Assembly (NCBI GenBank): GCA_964187785.1
Contig: OZ076409.1
Location: forward strand, 70,000,001 to 70,064,000
DNA: 64,000 nucleotides
Source of the DNA: Amphiscolops sp. MND2022
Taxonomy: Eukaryota
Direction: 5' to 3'
The number at the start of each line of letters is the position of its first letter. Positions within the stretch are counted from its first letter, which is position 1. Positions 1-32,942 of this stretch are shown in pieces. The notes beneath the pieces are model-generated. The model made no database searches. It saw only the letters and a list, made by a program, of their open reading frames with translations, and had not been told where the DNA came from. Both the position numbers and the translations under genes were made by a program.

Positions 1-116
1 GCTTTCTACAGAATAATGACACGATCTATGTCATCTGAGAAAAACTTTCAAATCTCATCATCTCTTGATACGATTAATATCGCAGTGTCACTGCGCCTTC
101 TGTATGTTTTTATTCA

Positions 117-539
117 TTGTCTGATGGCAAACGCCCAGACGGTGTTACCATGATTCCTTGGGAAATCGGTAAACAGCTAGTGTGGGATGTCACGGTTGTG
201 GATGCTCTTGCACCCAGTCGCCTGAATCAAGGCTCTTTATGCAACCCGGGAACCACTGCCCCCGAGGCCGAAGCGCGTAAAATTGAGAACTTTTGCGAAT
301 TATTAGACAATGGATACATTTTTCAGCCGGTGGCCTTGGAAGTACAGGGTTCTTTAGGCAAGAGCGGTGAAATTTTCATCCCGCGTCTCTGTAAAATGCT
401 CGGTCGTTCTCACGACGATCAACGAGCTGGCAGCTTTTTGAAGCAACGGATTTCAATGGTTCTTCAGATCGGCAATGCGGCCTGTGTCCTAGGAACTGTG
501 AGCGACAGAGATGCATTCGAAGCAATTTATTACATATAG
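117..539 (+). mobile_element. 3' fragment of a non-LTR retrotransposon: restriction-like endonuclease (RLE) domain, CRE/NeSL-like
   Basis: ORF has RPDG-x-T-x-IPW...LVWDVTVVD...AEARK...FQPVALE...QRISMVLQIGNAACVLG, typical of C-terminal PD-(D/E)xK RLE domains. No RT upstream in the window. Confidence 0.7.
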
Positions 540-1080
540 CCTATTTTTTTACCTTTATATCATAGCAGCTTTATAAACAATTCTACCGGTTGAGTGCATA
601 GTGGCTGGTTTGAGTAGTCTGTTGGTTGTTTTTATTTTGTTACTGGTCTACTGGTATGGTGGCTGGTATGGGGTCCCCTATTTTCGTTGCAGACCACAAG
701 TGTGTGTCTTCCCCCCCCCCCCCCCCAACATGATGATACACATGGCACTTGATTGATGACGAAGATCCATGATATCTGATATAGGAAAAAACTTTCCTAA
801 GTCGCTTTTTTACGAACACGTTTTTGCGCCCAGATTATGTGCTGAGTTAAGTTCCCAAAGTGGACACAGCAACATCTGGAAAGATCATTGCTTTCTTTAC
901 GCAAAGGGTTTCGAATGCTTATGTGTATACCGATCTCAGACATCTGTGCAACATTTTGTTCCTATCATATTTTATGGTTACTAAAGCATGTTTTTTTGGA
1001 CTAAATGTTAGGTAACTTTTGAAGTAAAAAAAACGTAAATTACAAATTTCTATCATTTTAATTGGGTCGCTTTTTTCTTG

Positions 1081-1575
1081 AACAAGACGAGAACGTCTAA
1101 AGTCGGCGCCATATCTAAGGCTCAAAAAGTGTAAAACACTTTTTTTGGAAAAAAAATTGAAATTTTTTGAAAAATTTTTTTTTTCAAAAGAAGTCGCATA
1201 GTGCCGAAAAATGTAAAAGGGGGACCCTTCTGGATTTATTAACAAACATTCCGTTGCAAAATATCAAAAAACTCAAAGGGGGGACCCTTTGGGGACATTA
1301 AAAAATTTTCGAAAAAAAAGTCGCACCGTGCCGAAAAAAATCCAAAGGGGGGACCCTTTGGGCACGTCCGGTTTTGTATGCTTCCTTGAAAAAGTAAAAA
1401 ATGAAAGGGGGGACCCTTTGGAGTAAAGTTTGCCTTGGGCAGACTTGGCCTCAGGTGCTCTGCTCAGGATTGTAAAAAGTGGACCGATCAGTGTGAGGAT
1501 TGTAGTCTGAAGAAAAAAAAGGTCACTGCTATAGTCGGGCATTTTTCCTTAAAAGGAAAACGCGCCGACTAAAAA
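1081..1575 (+). mobile_element. Helentron-associated (HINE/DINE-1-like) non-autonomous element, family A
   Basis: Starts AACAAGACGAGAACGTCTAAAGTCGGCGCC and ends TAGTCGGGC...GCGCCGACTAAAAA. Subterminal inverted repeat AGTCGGCGC/GCGCCGACT, terminal hairpin, internal GGGGGACCCTTT repeats, no TSD. Confidence 0.7.
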
Positions 1576-1701
1576 CACTCTAGTGATCGGTCAGTTACGT
1601 CACGGAAAGGGGGACAATAAATATATCTCCATTGTATATAGGAGATTCTCACTTTGAGAGTTTCAGATTTTTTGAAAACTATCCAGTTATCCATCTGAAA
1701 A

Positions 1702-2097
1702 ATGTCTGGCAAAGGCGGTAAATCTAAGAGTGGTAAAGTTGGCGCAAAGTCGGCAAAAACACGGTCAAGCCGAGCTGGGTTGCAATTTCCTGTTGGACGA
1801 ATTCATCGATGTATTCGCAAAGGCAATTATGCCGAACGAGTAGGAGCTGGAGCCCCAGTGTATCTGGCTGCTGTATTGGAATATTTGACTGCTGAGATTT
1901 TGGAGCTGGCTGGAAATGCCGCAAGGGACAATAACAAACGAAGAATCATTCCTCGACATTTGCAATTGGCTATAAGAAATGATGAAGAGTTAAACAAACT
2001 GCTGCAAGGCGTTACTATTGCTCAAGGTGGCGTGCTACCCAACATCCAAGCTGTTTTGCTGCCAAAGAAGACATCTTCCCAGAACAAAGCTAAGTAA
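1702..2097 (+). CDS. H2A: Histone H2A, intronless, 131 aa
   Basis: [15 protein letters not shown]...[35 protein letters not shown]...[20 protein letters not shown]...[24 protein letters not shown]-like sequence at ~1617-1640. Confidence 0.98.
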   Translation: MSGKGGKSKSGKVGAKSAKTRSSRAGLQFPVGRIHRCIRKGNYAERVGAGAPVYLAAVLEYLTAEILELAGNAARDNNKRRIIPRHLQLAIRNDEELNKLLQGVTIAQGGVLPNIQAVLLPKKTSSQNKAK

Positions 2098-2524
2098 AGC
2101 ATCTGGTCGCGCTGCGACACTAGATGCCATCGTATGGCTAAACTGTCGAATTTCAAGTTTTTGTTCGAAAGACCCGAAATCAAACTTCGAAAATGAATGC
2201 AAAATTGAATGCAACCTGTGGTCAAACTTAGCAAGCCAACACTGAGTTGAATCATTATTTGTTGGTATTCCTAATTGCATCAAGCATATGCAAGTGTTGG
2301 CTTGAAGTGCTATGGCCCTTTAGATTTAGTTTGTAAAAGTTACTGTTAATTTATTCACAATGCTGTAATCTTCTGTTGATAGCTTGATATAGTTCGTTTC
2401 CTGATTTGCTTCCGTTCATTCGAGGCAGAAAAGAAAGATTTTGAAAAATGAACTTCTCACACTGAAATCTTTGTGGCCAATTTTCTTTCTAACTCGAACC
2501 GGTAGTGCTTTTCAGATTTCTACC

Positions 2525-21853
<19,329 letters not shown>

Positions 21854-23769
21854 TCTCACAAACAACTGTAGTGCCTTCTAAGCTTGCTATCTTCAACTCT
21901 GACTTGTGACTTGCGAGATGCAAATGCGCGCCCGCCCACCTAACAAGAATATCTCTTTTCTACAATTAATTACAAACAAGTCTTCAGAAAACACTTAATC
22001 ACCTGTGAAAACTTCTCTTAATCTCTTCATACTTTCTGAGAAAATTACTTTCTAATTGTTTGATTGATGTACTGTAAATACCCCCTTATACACCCGGCTT
22101 GTACCAACTTCAGTTGCATTTTAGACCTGTCGTCTTTCATTTTTGTGATTGGCGGACCTAAGATTCCTTCGAATCCAACCTCAACCCCCTTTCCCGAGTT
22201 CGCCGAACAAAAAACAAGTCCACGACTATCTCCCCTGCCTTAGAAATGATTGGCTTCTAGTTGGATATGATGGAATGCTTGATATTTGATTGCAATACGT
22301 TTGTAAAATTATTTTTGAGGATGTGATCTTTTCAAAGTCGACCGCATGATGAAGATGGTATTTTACGGATACTACTATTTTCAAGCCAGAAACGTTCGGT
22401 TTGAGCGGTTTTACTTGTTAACAAACATTACTGCAATTTTCAGCTTTCTGTTAACTTGATACGAGTCATTGGAATTTTGAATTCAGAATGTGCTCTAATT
22501 TATACTTGTTTGAATATCGTATTCAGAATTCACTTGCTTAAAATGCCGGTTAACCAATGCTTTCACTAAAATGTAAATTTCTATTTTCAGTTAATTAGAA
22601 TTCAATTCATCGAAACAAACTGTTTTGAATCATGTCAAGCGAAATTGTATTCTTTCTTATCGAAAAGCGCAGCCAAATTATTTAGAGTCGAATTTGTAAA
22701 ATGATAACCCCTTCACTTCGCTCATGCATTTAGGGCCCTATAGGTATGGTGTAATAATAATGAAGTTTTCACCTCTTTTGATCCTAGAGAAAAAGTGTCA
22801 ATTCGGTCCTAGATAATTTTGGAAACCATTCGATCCTACATAATTCGACGTTTCACTGCAATCCCTCTTTAACTACTTCATGAATGGAGCTTGTGAGGGG
22901 AAGTTTCACAGCCAATGAGAGCTACGTCAAAAATACTCTGGAAATACACCAATGACAATTATCTTGGCGCGTGAAAACGAAGTTTGCTCGGCTTGCGAAC
23001 ATCCGAAATTTGCTATAAAAACATTTTCAATCCTTGGTTTGTTGATGGAAGTACCGGCTAAGAATGAGTACGGCATCTTCAGTCTCAAAAGCAGTTGTTT
23101 TTCAGCCATTCTTTGTTGGTCGCGATGATTATTTAATTGGCTTAATAGAAGCCACGGAGGCCGAACGAACTTGAACCCCCGGGCCATTGTTTTGAAAATA
23201 TTAAGACCCATTGATCAAAGAATGTAGACTAGACCAGAGGAGTGACAGCGGTAGCGTTAGCGATAATTTAGCATAAATCAGCGATAGTTAACAAATTAGG
23301 CGTAAGCGATGATTTTTTTGCTAAAAATAATGGTAAAATTAGCTAATGCAATAATTTGCGAATAATTTGACATCATGATGGCTCTGACTTGGTTTTTATT
23401 TTCTTTGTATATCCTTTTGTAATTACGCACGTACTTGTAGTGCCTCAATCGTAGTTTCACGTATAAAAAATTCCCCGATTATCCATTTTGGTACAATGAT
23501 CATTCCGAAAATGAAATCTGTCACAAAGAGTGACATTATATTCATTTTCAAAAAAAGTGAAAATTGCGAAAACATTCATGGAAAATTATCTCGAATTTAA
23601 AGGTGATAAATCGCCCCGAAAATCAAAGAAACCTAACGCTCACTTTTTATTTTACTAAAATGGAGATACCCAAATCTACTATCACATCTGAATGCTGTCA
23701 ATTCTATAAACGCCATTGTCAAACATTTCTGCTGAAAAACGGCCCGTGGGTGCCCAATCGCCCATGACA

Positions 23770-23880
23770 TTTTTGATCCAGAGAGATTTTGCTGGCTTAC
23801 CCAGTACAGCTTTGGTCGAACGCTTATTCAGTGTGGCCGGCAATGTGCTGAACCCAAGGCGAACCAGATTTTACCCGAAA
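23770..23880 (+). pseudogene. hAT transposase C-terminal (dimerisation domain) remnant
   Basis: Translation LPSTALVERLFSVAGNVLNPRRTR matches the hATC SxxxERxFS...R motif. Surrounding frames are disrupted. Confidence 0.65.
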
Positions 23881-25066
23881 AGTTCAAAAATTTGTTACTT
23901 TCAAAGTACAATTCTGAAATTCAGTTGAATATCTTGACAATCAGTTTTTTGCACCAAACATTGCACTGTTCTTCCTTCACTAGCAAATTTATCGGCCGTT
24001 TCATCAGGCGAAGTCTCCTAATCAGGAAGGACTGTCTTCATTTGAATAAATGAAGCCGAGCTACAAAACGTTCAGCAAAATATTCAAAGTCCTCGTCGTT
24101 CCCAAAAACAGCCCGTTTCTAACTTAGACTGTAGAGTACGATTTGTCATTTTATGTCGAAATGTTTATATCACCAAAGGCACTCAAATTTCCAAAGGCTT
24201 ATGAACCTGACCTTGTGCTCCTTGACTTTGTGATAATGTTTTATATATAGTTGTTTTGCATATAACGAGCCTTCTCTGAATCGCAAAAACAACTTACAGA
24301 AAATTCAATTTCAAACTCAATTCTACTTAGCCTAGAAAAAACAGCAAGGAAGTTTACAAAAGCATCAAGAAAGATTGAGTCTGAGTTTTGAAAAGTTTAT
24401 CCGCTTCTGATTTCTGAAACGTGATTCCAGACTGCATGACGTAGTGATTCAATGAAAAAAAATGCTTCTTTCTGCTGGACTTCTTTTGCCGTCATTCAAT
24501 TTTTTTTTCAGTGTAACTTCGACAAGTGATCTTTCGTCATCAATTGACAGCCACCTTTATTTCAGATTATTGCTTAAGGGCGCATAACCTCGACTTTTGA
24601 GGCTGAGTGAGACAAAGAGTTGATAGTTTCAATTCATCTGTATTCAGAGAAGTATCCAGCTCAAGCATTGGTTTGAAACCAAATAGGCCAAGCGGTGTGA
24701 ATAAAGTTTGTCCAAAACGTCGACCATTCAAATACAATTTGTAGTATGACAGAAAAACTAGTCACAAAAAATATTTGCCAGAAACAAAATGTGCTGACTA
24801 ATAACAGTTGCTTGGGTAAAAGCCTTGATTTCAGAATGAAAAACATACGGAAAATTTGAACAATAGAGTTCGTTTTTTCTAAAGTATATCACAAAGTAAC
24901 TGTTATAATTGAAAACATTAATTTTATTGACATTTAAAACAAATTAAAAATAGGCTGTTGTTACATTCAACCATCCGCATTCAGAATTAAAAGACGTTGC
25001 AATACAAGCAAAATGCGCTATATACGAAATTGTTACATAATATCCTATCTATTCATGGTAAAATCA

Positions 25067-25534
25067 AACAAGCCGGGAACGGCCCAAGTCGGCGCCATAT
25101 CTAAGGCTCAAAAATAGCAAAAGGACTTCAAAGTGTCAAGTAGTATCTTCTAGAGTACCCGCGTGAGGCAAAAATTGAAAAAAAATCCGATTTTTTTTGA
25201 GTTTTTTTCGAATTTTTTTGGTATCCGGTAAGTCGCATAGTGCGAAAAAAATGTCAGAGGGGGCCTTTTGCAAACATTAAAAATTTTGCGGAAAAAAGTC
25301 TCACAAAGCCGAAAAAACCTGCACAAAAAATTTTTTGGCCATGGGGGGACTCGAACTTGTCCTTCCGTTTGGCAGACCTCAAAAAATCCTCAAAAAATTA
25401 GAAGCAGAAGAAGCTACATTAGTGTGTCAGTTAGTGGAAGCCAGTTTATAAAGGTTATAAAATCTGTCACTTCGTTGGTCTTGAAAAAAGAAAAGTCAGT
25501 GCTATAGTCTGCGTTTTCTACGAAAGAGCCGACT
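25067..25534 (+). mobile_element. HINE/DINE-1-like family A copy
   Basis: AACAAGCCGGGAACGGCCCAAGTCGGCGCCATATCTAAGG ... CTATAGTCTGCG...GAGCCGACT. Confidence 0.65.
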
Positions 25535-25910
25535 CTTGTTTGGCTCAATTTGAAAAGCTGATGTTTTAGAGCTTCAACGGGGTTTGATTTGAGCTCATGA
25601 CCATTTATCTACCAATTTGATCTGAGTTGTGTGGCGGGCCTTCGACCCTCGCTGTCGCCATACTTTTTTGCAATACGAATGTGGTGGAAAATATCCCTGA
25701 CCATAGCGGGCATGTCGGAAATTTATCAAAGTGGCAACATTTTATCTCGTTTTTTTATACTTTTGAAATTCATGAGTAGACGACCTAGGGAAAATGAATA
25801 ATTTATGCTCTGAAGTTGATGTTGTGCAAAACATCCCAATTTAAAGCTATCAAATTCGATGCACTTCGAGATTTGACAAACCATTCGAAATTTTTTATAC
25901 AACCTTCTAA

Positions 25911-26350
25911 TTAGTCGGCGCTTTATAAGTGAAACGCGACAATACTAGCGGCTTTTTTAATCCACACAAATTGACCAGAATATTTCTTAAAATTCATGGT
26001 GTAAAATTGAACCATTTGGCCTAGCGAACTGAACCAAAAAGTTTTTTTTCCTTTTTTTTCGCGTAACATACAATACCGGGCGAGACTAAAGGGTCGCTCC
26101 TTCCAGATTTTTTTTCGACATTGTGGGACTATTTTTTTTCCATCAAATGATCCCGCTTCACTTTTGTTGATGTTTTGCGACAGAAATAATGAAGAATCCA
26201 AAAGAGTCCCCACTTATGTGCGCCAATTCGGTCCAACTTTCGGGTTTTTCGGGTACTGTAAAAGAGAATACTTGACACTTTGAAGTCCTTACGCTATTTT
26301 CGAGCCTTAGATATGGCGCCGACTTATTCCGTTCCCTATGCCGACTTGTT
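25911..26350 (-). mobile_element. HINE/DINE-1-like family A copy, reverse orientation
   Basis: TTAGTCGGCGCTTT at left end; GAGCCTTAGATATGGCGCCGACTT...CTTGTT at right end. Confidence 0.65.
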
Positions 26351-27043
26351 TATTCTAGTACTCTGAAAACAAAAGCTTTACTGCCTTTTTACGGTTGGGA
26401 AAGAAACAAGATTTTGAGAAAATCGTGTTTAAAACGTTTAAAACACTATTTTTTTGTTTGTAACATGTTCAAATCTCTAGATCTGTCACAAAAATATGTC
26501 TAACACTAAACGTCCTAAAAACTGAGTTCCCTGCAGTATGCGAATACAGAAAGCAAGTTCGTTGGCTTTCTCAATTTAGAGTCGATTCCGTGTTTGATTG
26601 TGGACGAAGTCCAGGGTGCTGGAAATTGGTTCCAAGCCTGCCGAACTTCGAATAAAAACCAGAAGCGCATCTGCAGTTTTCTTGATGTCTTCCGCCAAAT
26701 TACCCAAGATTATTTGCGATTTTAGGAACTTGAAAATATCTATAACTGAAATAAAAACAATTGATAAAAATGGAGGTTTTTGTCATGTTTGAAACTCTGT
26801 TTAAAATATGCTTAAAACATGTTTAAAACTCGTTTAAAGCACATGTTTTAAACGGCATGTTTTAAAATGTTTATGCGAACCCTAATTTTTACTAGGCAAA
26901 CAAACATTCAAAAAGAAAAAATAATATGTTTATTTAGCCCAATCACTTGCTGACAATTTTTGAGAGATGATTTCAAAATCCAAGATAAGTATAAATTTGG
27001 AGTGTATGTGTTTTGATAGAAATGACTCTTTCGAGCTGTTGAT

Positions 27044-30000
27044 TTATGCCCGTTCGATCTGACCCTTCAAGTCTTGGCCTTGACTCTTAGCCTTGTTGGC
27101 CTCTCCTTTGACGTCAACGTTTCCCGCGTTTTTGATGATGGCGATCATCTTGTCACATTCATCAGGACCATCCACGCCGGCTTCGTGAGCTGCCTGAAAC
27201 GAGATTAGTTGGAAAAAGTATTTCACGATGAAACTTGCAGGAGCTTCAACTTTTCAAAAACGGAAACCAAAAAGCACGAACATATTTCAGTGTGTAGTGT
27301 CTTTTACTTTGATTCAGTTTCAAACAACAGCGAAAAACTTATGCTCAATTTTTATTTCAAAAACAGACTGGGTGGTCCATTGATTTATAACTATTTTTCA
27401 AAATATTTTCTCAGCTGCAAATTCAAATTCATTTGACAAACTGAAGATTAAATTCAAATTTTTCGTGGTTTGACAAACGGATGTTTGAACCTTTGAGGTT
27501 CAAATAATTGCCACGACGTCACGTGACATCTAATGACGTCATTGAGATTTTAGAGCGCTGACCTGGAAGATGGAGCAGCAGGGACAGCAGTAGGTGGCGA
27601 GGCAGTCGAAGAAGATGTTTCCATCGACCCCCTTGGCTTCTCTAATGGCCCTCCTCCAACAGCAGAGGAAGCAGATGCTGATGAAAGGCAGTCCCGCAAT
27701 CGAAATGCACCTGACCCCATCCCCACTGCTCATTGTCTTCTCCGCCGCCAAACCTGAAAAATCACCGATGCATTTGAAGTTTGTACCCCCAACATTCAGG
27801 TTTCATTTTGATGAAACTTTAGTTTACAATTTTAAAAAAATCATTCACAAGTTAGCTTAGCGACTACAGGGTGAATCAGAATTTCAAAACATAACCTTAC
27901 GATAGCAAAAGTTAGCTACAGTTCATAAGATTATCGTTATCAAGTTTTGGGCGAAATGAAATATGTGTTGCTAAATTGACATGAGTGTAAATTAAAGTTA
28001 ATATTGGAATCGTAATTTTGGGTTATCGCATTGCATAGGAAATCATCAAAGATACAAATTGCTACTATTGCTTTTAATAGAAAGCGATCAAATCAGATAT
28101 GACATTCGGGACGTGCATAAGGCCCGGTGACGCAAGAAATATGTAACATTAGTGTCACGTTTCAATTGAGAAATTCCTCGCAAACTATTTCGCAAAAAAA
28201 AACATATTTCATGCTGCAGAGAAATCATTTACCGTTTCAAAAAGTATCTTATCATACACTCGCTCATTTCCTGCACTACTGGTGCCACAAAAGTTGTAGC
28301 TGTTAATTGAAGGCCGCGCTTTTAGCACGGGCGGTATGGTAAATTCGGAGAAGTCAATCACCGAAATCTAGAACGGTTATTCTGAAAATCTGTCACAATA
28401 GTTAGCAGTAGTTATTGAGTTAACTGCTGTTAGAATTACTCCGAAAAAGTCCAGGATTTCAAAAAGAGAGTCTTCACTTCTGCGTTTGCCCTAACAACAA
28501 TTTCTGATATTTTATGAAACACGCCTCTAAAGCTCAAATAAGACAGGAACGTCTAAAGTCGGCACTATACCTAAAGCTCAGTTTCTTTATGAAAACCTCC
28601 TGTTTTGAACCTTCGCCTCCTCCTTACTGAAACGCAATATAGTTCGGACATAACGTCAAAAGATATAGCGCTTAACTCCGGCTATTACGAGGGGGGGGGG
28701 GCTTCAATAAAATCGAAGGGGGATCCTATGAAGACAAAAAAACTTTTTCGAAAAAAGTCTCACAGCGCCGAAAAAAATTGGAAGGGGGGCCCTTTAGTCT
28801 CGTCCGGTTTTGCAATAACTCGAATGCGTTTCCCAGGTATTCGTTTAGTTGAACAAACTGAACAAAAATTTCGTCGCATTCGAGTCTGTCTTGAACAAAA
28901 AAACGAGTGACTGTAATAGTTGTGCTTTTTTAACATATAAAAGCGCCGACTAAAAACGCAGAGTCTCATAAAAACGCTTTTGGGAAATTTTCAAAACCTT
29001 CAGAGAGGTAAACATATCCAAAGGGCGACTTGCGAGCTCGAAAAACTCTTTTATCTCCTTGAAGAAATCAAAAAATACCCAAATTGGTGAATAAAATTTT
29101 TCAAGAAAAAGTTGCGCAGTGCCCAACAAAACCCAAAGGGGGACCCTTTGGCACGTCGAGGGTTTGCAAAGAAAGATAATTAGTCCTCGACGGCCATCTG
29201 CTCGGGAAGCGCGCATCCTCACTATTGAGTGCGAGAACAAACGGGCGGCGTGAGCAAGCAAACTCTGTCGAAAAGTTGACCATTTGAATACAAGATGTGG
29301 TCTCGCGGAAAAAAAAACAAAAAAAATAGTCACTGTAACAATCGGGAATGTTTGTCTACGGTGTGTGCCAACCAAGAGGTTAGAAAGTTACTCAATAATT
29401 GTGACAGTTTGGGCCACGAAATCCTCTGTGGATACACTTATATGCTAAACTTTGCAAACGTTACTTTATTTTAGCAAACAGTGAGGTATGTAACCTGGCA
29501 TTTTACTTCTCATTCAAAAAATTTCTGCAACTCACAGCTTACACAATTTGCGTAGATTAGTAAAAAAAGGCACCACTTGAGAAAATATTTATGACACTTT
29601 GATGAGCTGGAATAAAAACACATAATTGATAGAATTATTAGAGTCTTTTAGCAACACAGAAAGAATAATCCAAAACTCTATTCAGTTGGTCTCAATCTCA
29701 AAACATAGCCAAAAGTCAAGTAGTTCCTATTTTATCTTGTTTGTAATTGAGTAAGGTGCCGCGTTTCCTTGCGCGTAGTGGTTGCGAACATTGTGTGAAT
29801 ACCTCACCAGATCCACCCATTTTATCACGAAAAAAGGAACAAGACGGGAACGTCTAAAGTCGGCGCCATATCTAAGGCTCAAAAAGCTCTAACTTTTTGA
29901 AATTGTAAAAGGGGGGAGGACCCTTTGGGTTTTTTGAAAATCCAATTTGTTGCGGGGTGTAACGTCTCAAACTTCGGATATAGCGTGCTGGCCCAGATGG

Positions 30001-32942
30001 GAGCGCTTTTTGAACCTCCGCCTCCTCCTTGGTAAAACGGAATATAATTCGGATATAACGTCAAAAATTCGGCCATAGCGCTTTACTCAGGATATTACGT
30101 CCAAGTTTCGGATAGTTTTGGAAAAATTATTGGTAAATATATACTGATAAAACCTAATTTCAGACGAAAAATGACAATTTTGAACAGTTTCATAGTGCCG
30201 AAAAATCTAAAATAGGGGACCCTTTGGGATTGTTTAATATCTATTATGTTACAAAATATTCAAAAAATTGAAGGGGGACCCTTTCGAGACATTAAAAAAT
30301 ATTCGAGAAAAAAACGAAAAATCGAAAAATAAGAATTTTGAGCCAGTCTCATAGTGCCGAAAAACTTGAAAGGGGAGACCCTATAGTCTCGTCCGGTTTT
30401 GTATCTTACGATAAAAATGGAGTAACTGAAAGGGGGGACCCTTTGCACTATCCTAAATGCGCTCCCCGTTTGCCGGTCCAGTAGTTTAGTACTGTAATTA
30501 GTAGTTGAACGTCAATTTTAACGTTCGTCGCTTCGACTCTGTCTTAAAAATAGAAAAAAAACGAGTGTCTGTAATAGTCGGGCTCTTTTATTAATAAAAG
30601 CGCGGACTAAAAACAGGATGCAGAATAATTGAACTTGAAGAAGCCGCGTTTCCGTGCGCGTAGTGGTTGCGAACTTTGACTGAATACCTCACCAGCACCA
30701 CCCATTTTATCACGAAAAAAAGGAAAAATAGGATGCAAAATAATTGAAATTGAAGAAATCCATCTGGGATGATTTCGGAACCAATGTTTCGTGGTCAAAA
30801 AATTCATCACATTTTTCTCGTTGCAGACTTTTTGAGTGATCAAGTTAACTGCTTGTTTTAGATAAAATTTCATCATCCACAGTATGAAAATTATTTTTGA
30901 TCCGGGCACTTAAGGGTTGTTGTATTCTAACTTTTGAGCTGAGAAAGAACAAGATTTGTGTAATAAGAATTTTTTCTATGATTATTCTGCATCAAATCTC
31001 AATGTATTATCAAAATAAAACAGTTTTCTGATTCAAGTTTGCTTACTAACAACTAGCTAGTATTCTGGACCGAAACTCGGTAGAAGTCAGGATGGATGAA
31101 CCGTATAACAAGGATTTCTTTTGCATTTTTGCAAACTAGGAATATACAACATGCGCACTAGGTACAGTAGGATTGCTGCAAGGATTGTGAAAGGATAACT
31201 TTCAACAAGCCGGAAATAGCCCAAATCGGCGCCCTCAAGGTTCAAAAAAGTAAAAAATTTTTACATATGCAAAAGGACACTTTTGTTAAAATTTCATCAA
31301 TTTTATAGTGCCAAAATATACCTCAAGGTATACGTGGAAGACTCAAAAACCACTTTTTCCCAACTGGAGACAACAAAACCTCTCAAAAAACTAAAAAATG
31401 AAAAAAAAATTATGAGGTCTCCGGTTTGATGTGGCAGTTGCAGTAGGTAGAAGGAACAGAATATAAACCTTATATAATCTGTCACTTCGTTGGACTATAA
31501 AAAAATTTTAAAATGAAAAAAGCTGTTGCTATAGTCTGCGTTTTCTGACGGAGAGCATCGCCAAAAACTACACTTTAGTTTGTTCAAATTGTTGCAGAGC
31601 ATGGAACCATTCTTAATGTATATAAAGCATTACATTTGCATTCGATGGTGTCAGGACATTTAATCCTATGCAATTTCAACCTATGCAATTTCAACCGTGG
31701 CCATTTCAACCGCTCACAATTTCAACCTATTGCATTTTCAACCGTTTGCAATTTCGACCTAAACTAATTTTGGCTATCTAGTCTTAATTCGGTTGAGCTA
31801 TTCTACCGGTGTAATAATTACTAATGAATCAAACAGCCTTAATTATTTGTAATAATCCATGAAGAAGCCAAAACGTACCGAAACTGGCGTAAAAATTAGC
31901 ACATTTGAATTTAGAAATGTATGAAAGTGAAAACCACCAAAATAATTATGTAACTAATTAGGAGTAGTTATCCAAAATTAGTTTAGGTCGAAATTGCGAA
32001 CGGTTGAAATGCCAACGGTTGAAAGTGCATGGTTGAAATTGCATAGGGCGAAATGTCATGTAACCGCATTCGATGTGCTATGTTCATTTTTGGAAAAGTT
32101 TTCTTTGGATTTTGTAGATTAATCTGAAACAATTCTTGCAGATCAATTTAGAAAACGAAACTTTGAATAACTTTCCAAGTAAAATGTTTAATAACTTTCC
32201 AAACAATTTGAATAACTAGTTAGGGATAGGTATGACAATAAGTTACTGATTAGGTTTTTGAAACAGTTTTAGTGATTTCTCACGTGTGGTGGAACTGAAC
32301 GAAAAAAAGTCAAGATTTGCTTTGAATTTTCTCATCAAACTTTTTGGGTTGTTTTTTGCCTTCCAATGTGTTGAAGTTTCAGTGTTTGATTTTCATGCTG
32401 AGTTACCCGTACTGCATTATTCAGGTGCAACGTTCTTTCAATTGGGATTTTTTTACAAGTTTTACCTTTCCTCTTGATGTTTGCTTTTTTGAGTTACTAT
32501 CTATTTTAACGAAAGAGTCCTAAAAAGTTTGTATGATTGAGGAAAAAGTCGGTCTCACTGACTCGGGCTCGCTTGCTTTATTCCGTGGAAGACGCCCTGT
32601 TTTTTGAGAATAACAGTGGAACATATCAAAATATAAAAAGGATTAAATTTCTTTTCACCAATGGAATATTTGCGAAAAATAAAATTTGTTCGATGTTTGT
32701 TGACCCAGTCCAAATGTATCTCAAGTTTCCAACCTTATTAATGCAAAAATCATCGGGTCCGTTGAATATTTTTATCGAATATTTTTACGCGCGTCAATTC
32801 GTGCCGGTAGTCATTATTTCTGAATGGTAACTTGGTGTAACTTACCAACTGGCAATACTGGGAGGCAGTAAGCGAAAAGACATAGCTTCCAGTCAGAAAT
32901 ACACGGCTGAGGTGCGAGAAGACCGTAGTCCCAGTTTCCCAT
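27044..32942 (-). CDS. PLAC8/cornifelin-family cysteine-rich protein, 3 exons, 145 aa
   Basis: Minus-strand exons 32942-32846 (MGNWDYGLLAPQPCISDWKLCLFAYCLPVLPV), 27753-27563 (...CCWRRAIREAKGVDGNIFFDCLATYCCPCCSIFQ) and 27193-27044. GT-AG boundaries, phases consistent, 438 nt. W-x2-GL...C-x2-D and R-x2-IR...G...DC...CCPCC-x3-Q motifs. Confidence 0.85.
28537..28956 (+). mobile_element. HINE/DINE-1-like family A copy; more degenerate family sequence continues to ~29350
   Basis: AATAAGACAGGAACGTCTAAAGTCGGCAC ... AAAGCGCCGACTAAAAA. Confidence 0.6.
29838..30613 (+). mobile_element. HINE/DINE-1-like family A copy inserted in a ~110-bp tandem duplication
   Basis: Full termini present. It interrupts the GGAA^AAA junction, which is seen uninterrupted in the next repeat unit (~30722), and there is no TSD. 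Confidence 0.7.
31647..32065. mobile_element. Mutator-like (MULE) MITE
   Basis: 9-bp TSD GCATTCGAT at 31638-31646 and 32066-32074. Long imperfect TIRs GG...CC built of TGCAATTTCAACC repeats. Confidence 0.8.

Noticed and set aside
919..1542. Recurrent KGGPFG/SQCRK-type short ORFs here and elsewhere
   Set aside because: These are translations of the non-coding family A repeat.
2060..2097. H2A.X assignment
   Set aside because: The SQ is followed by NKAK, not the terminal SQ(E/D)-hydrophobic motif.
26390..26884. Possible hAT MITE with TTTAAAAC subterminal repeats
   Set aside because: The left TIR is too degenerate and there is no convincing TSD.
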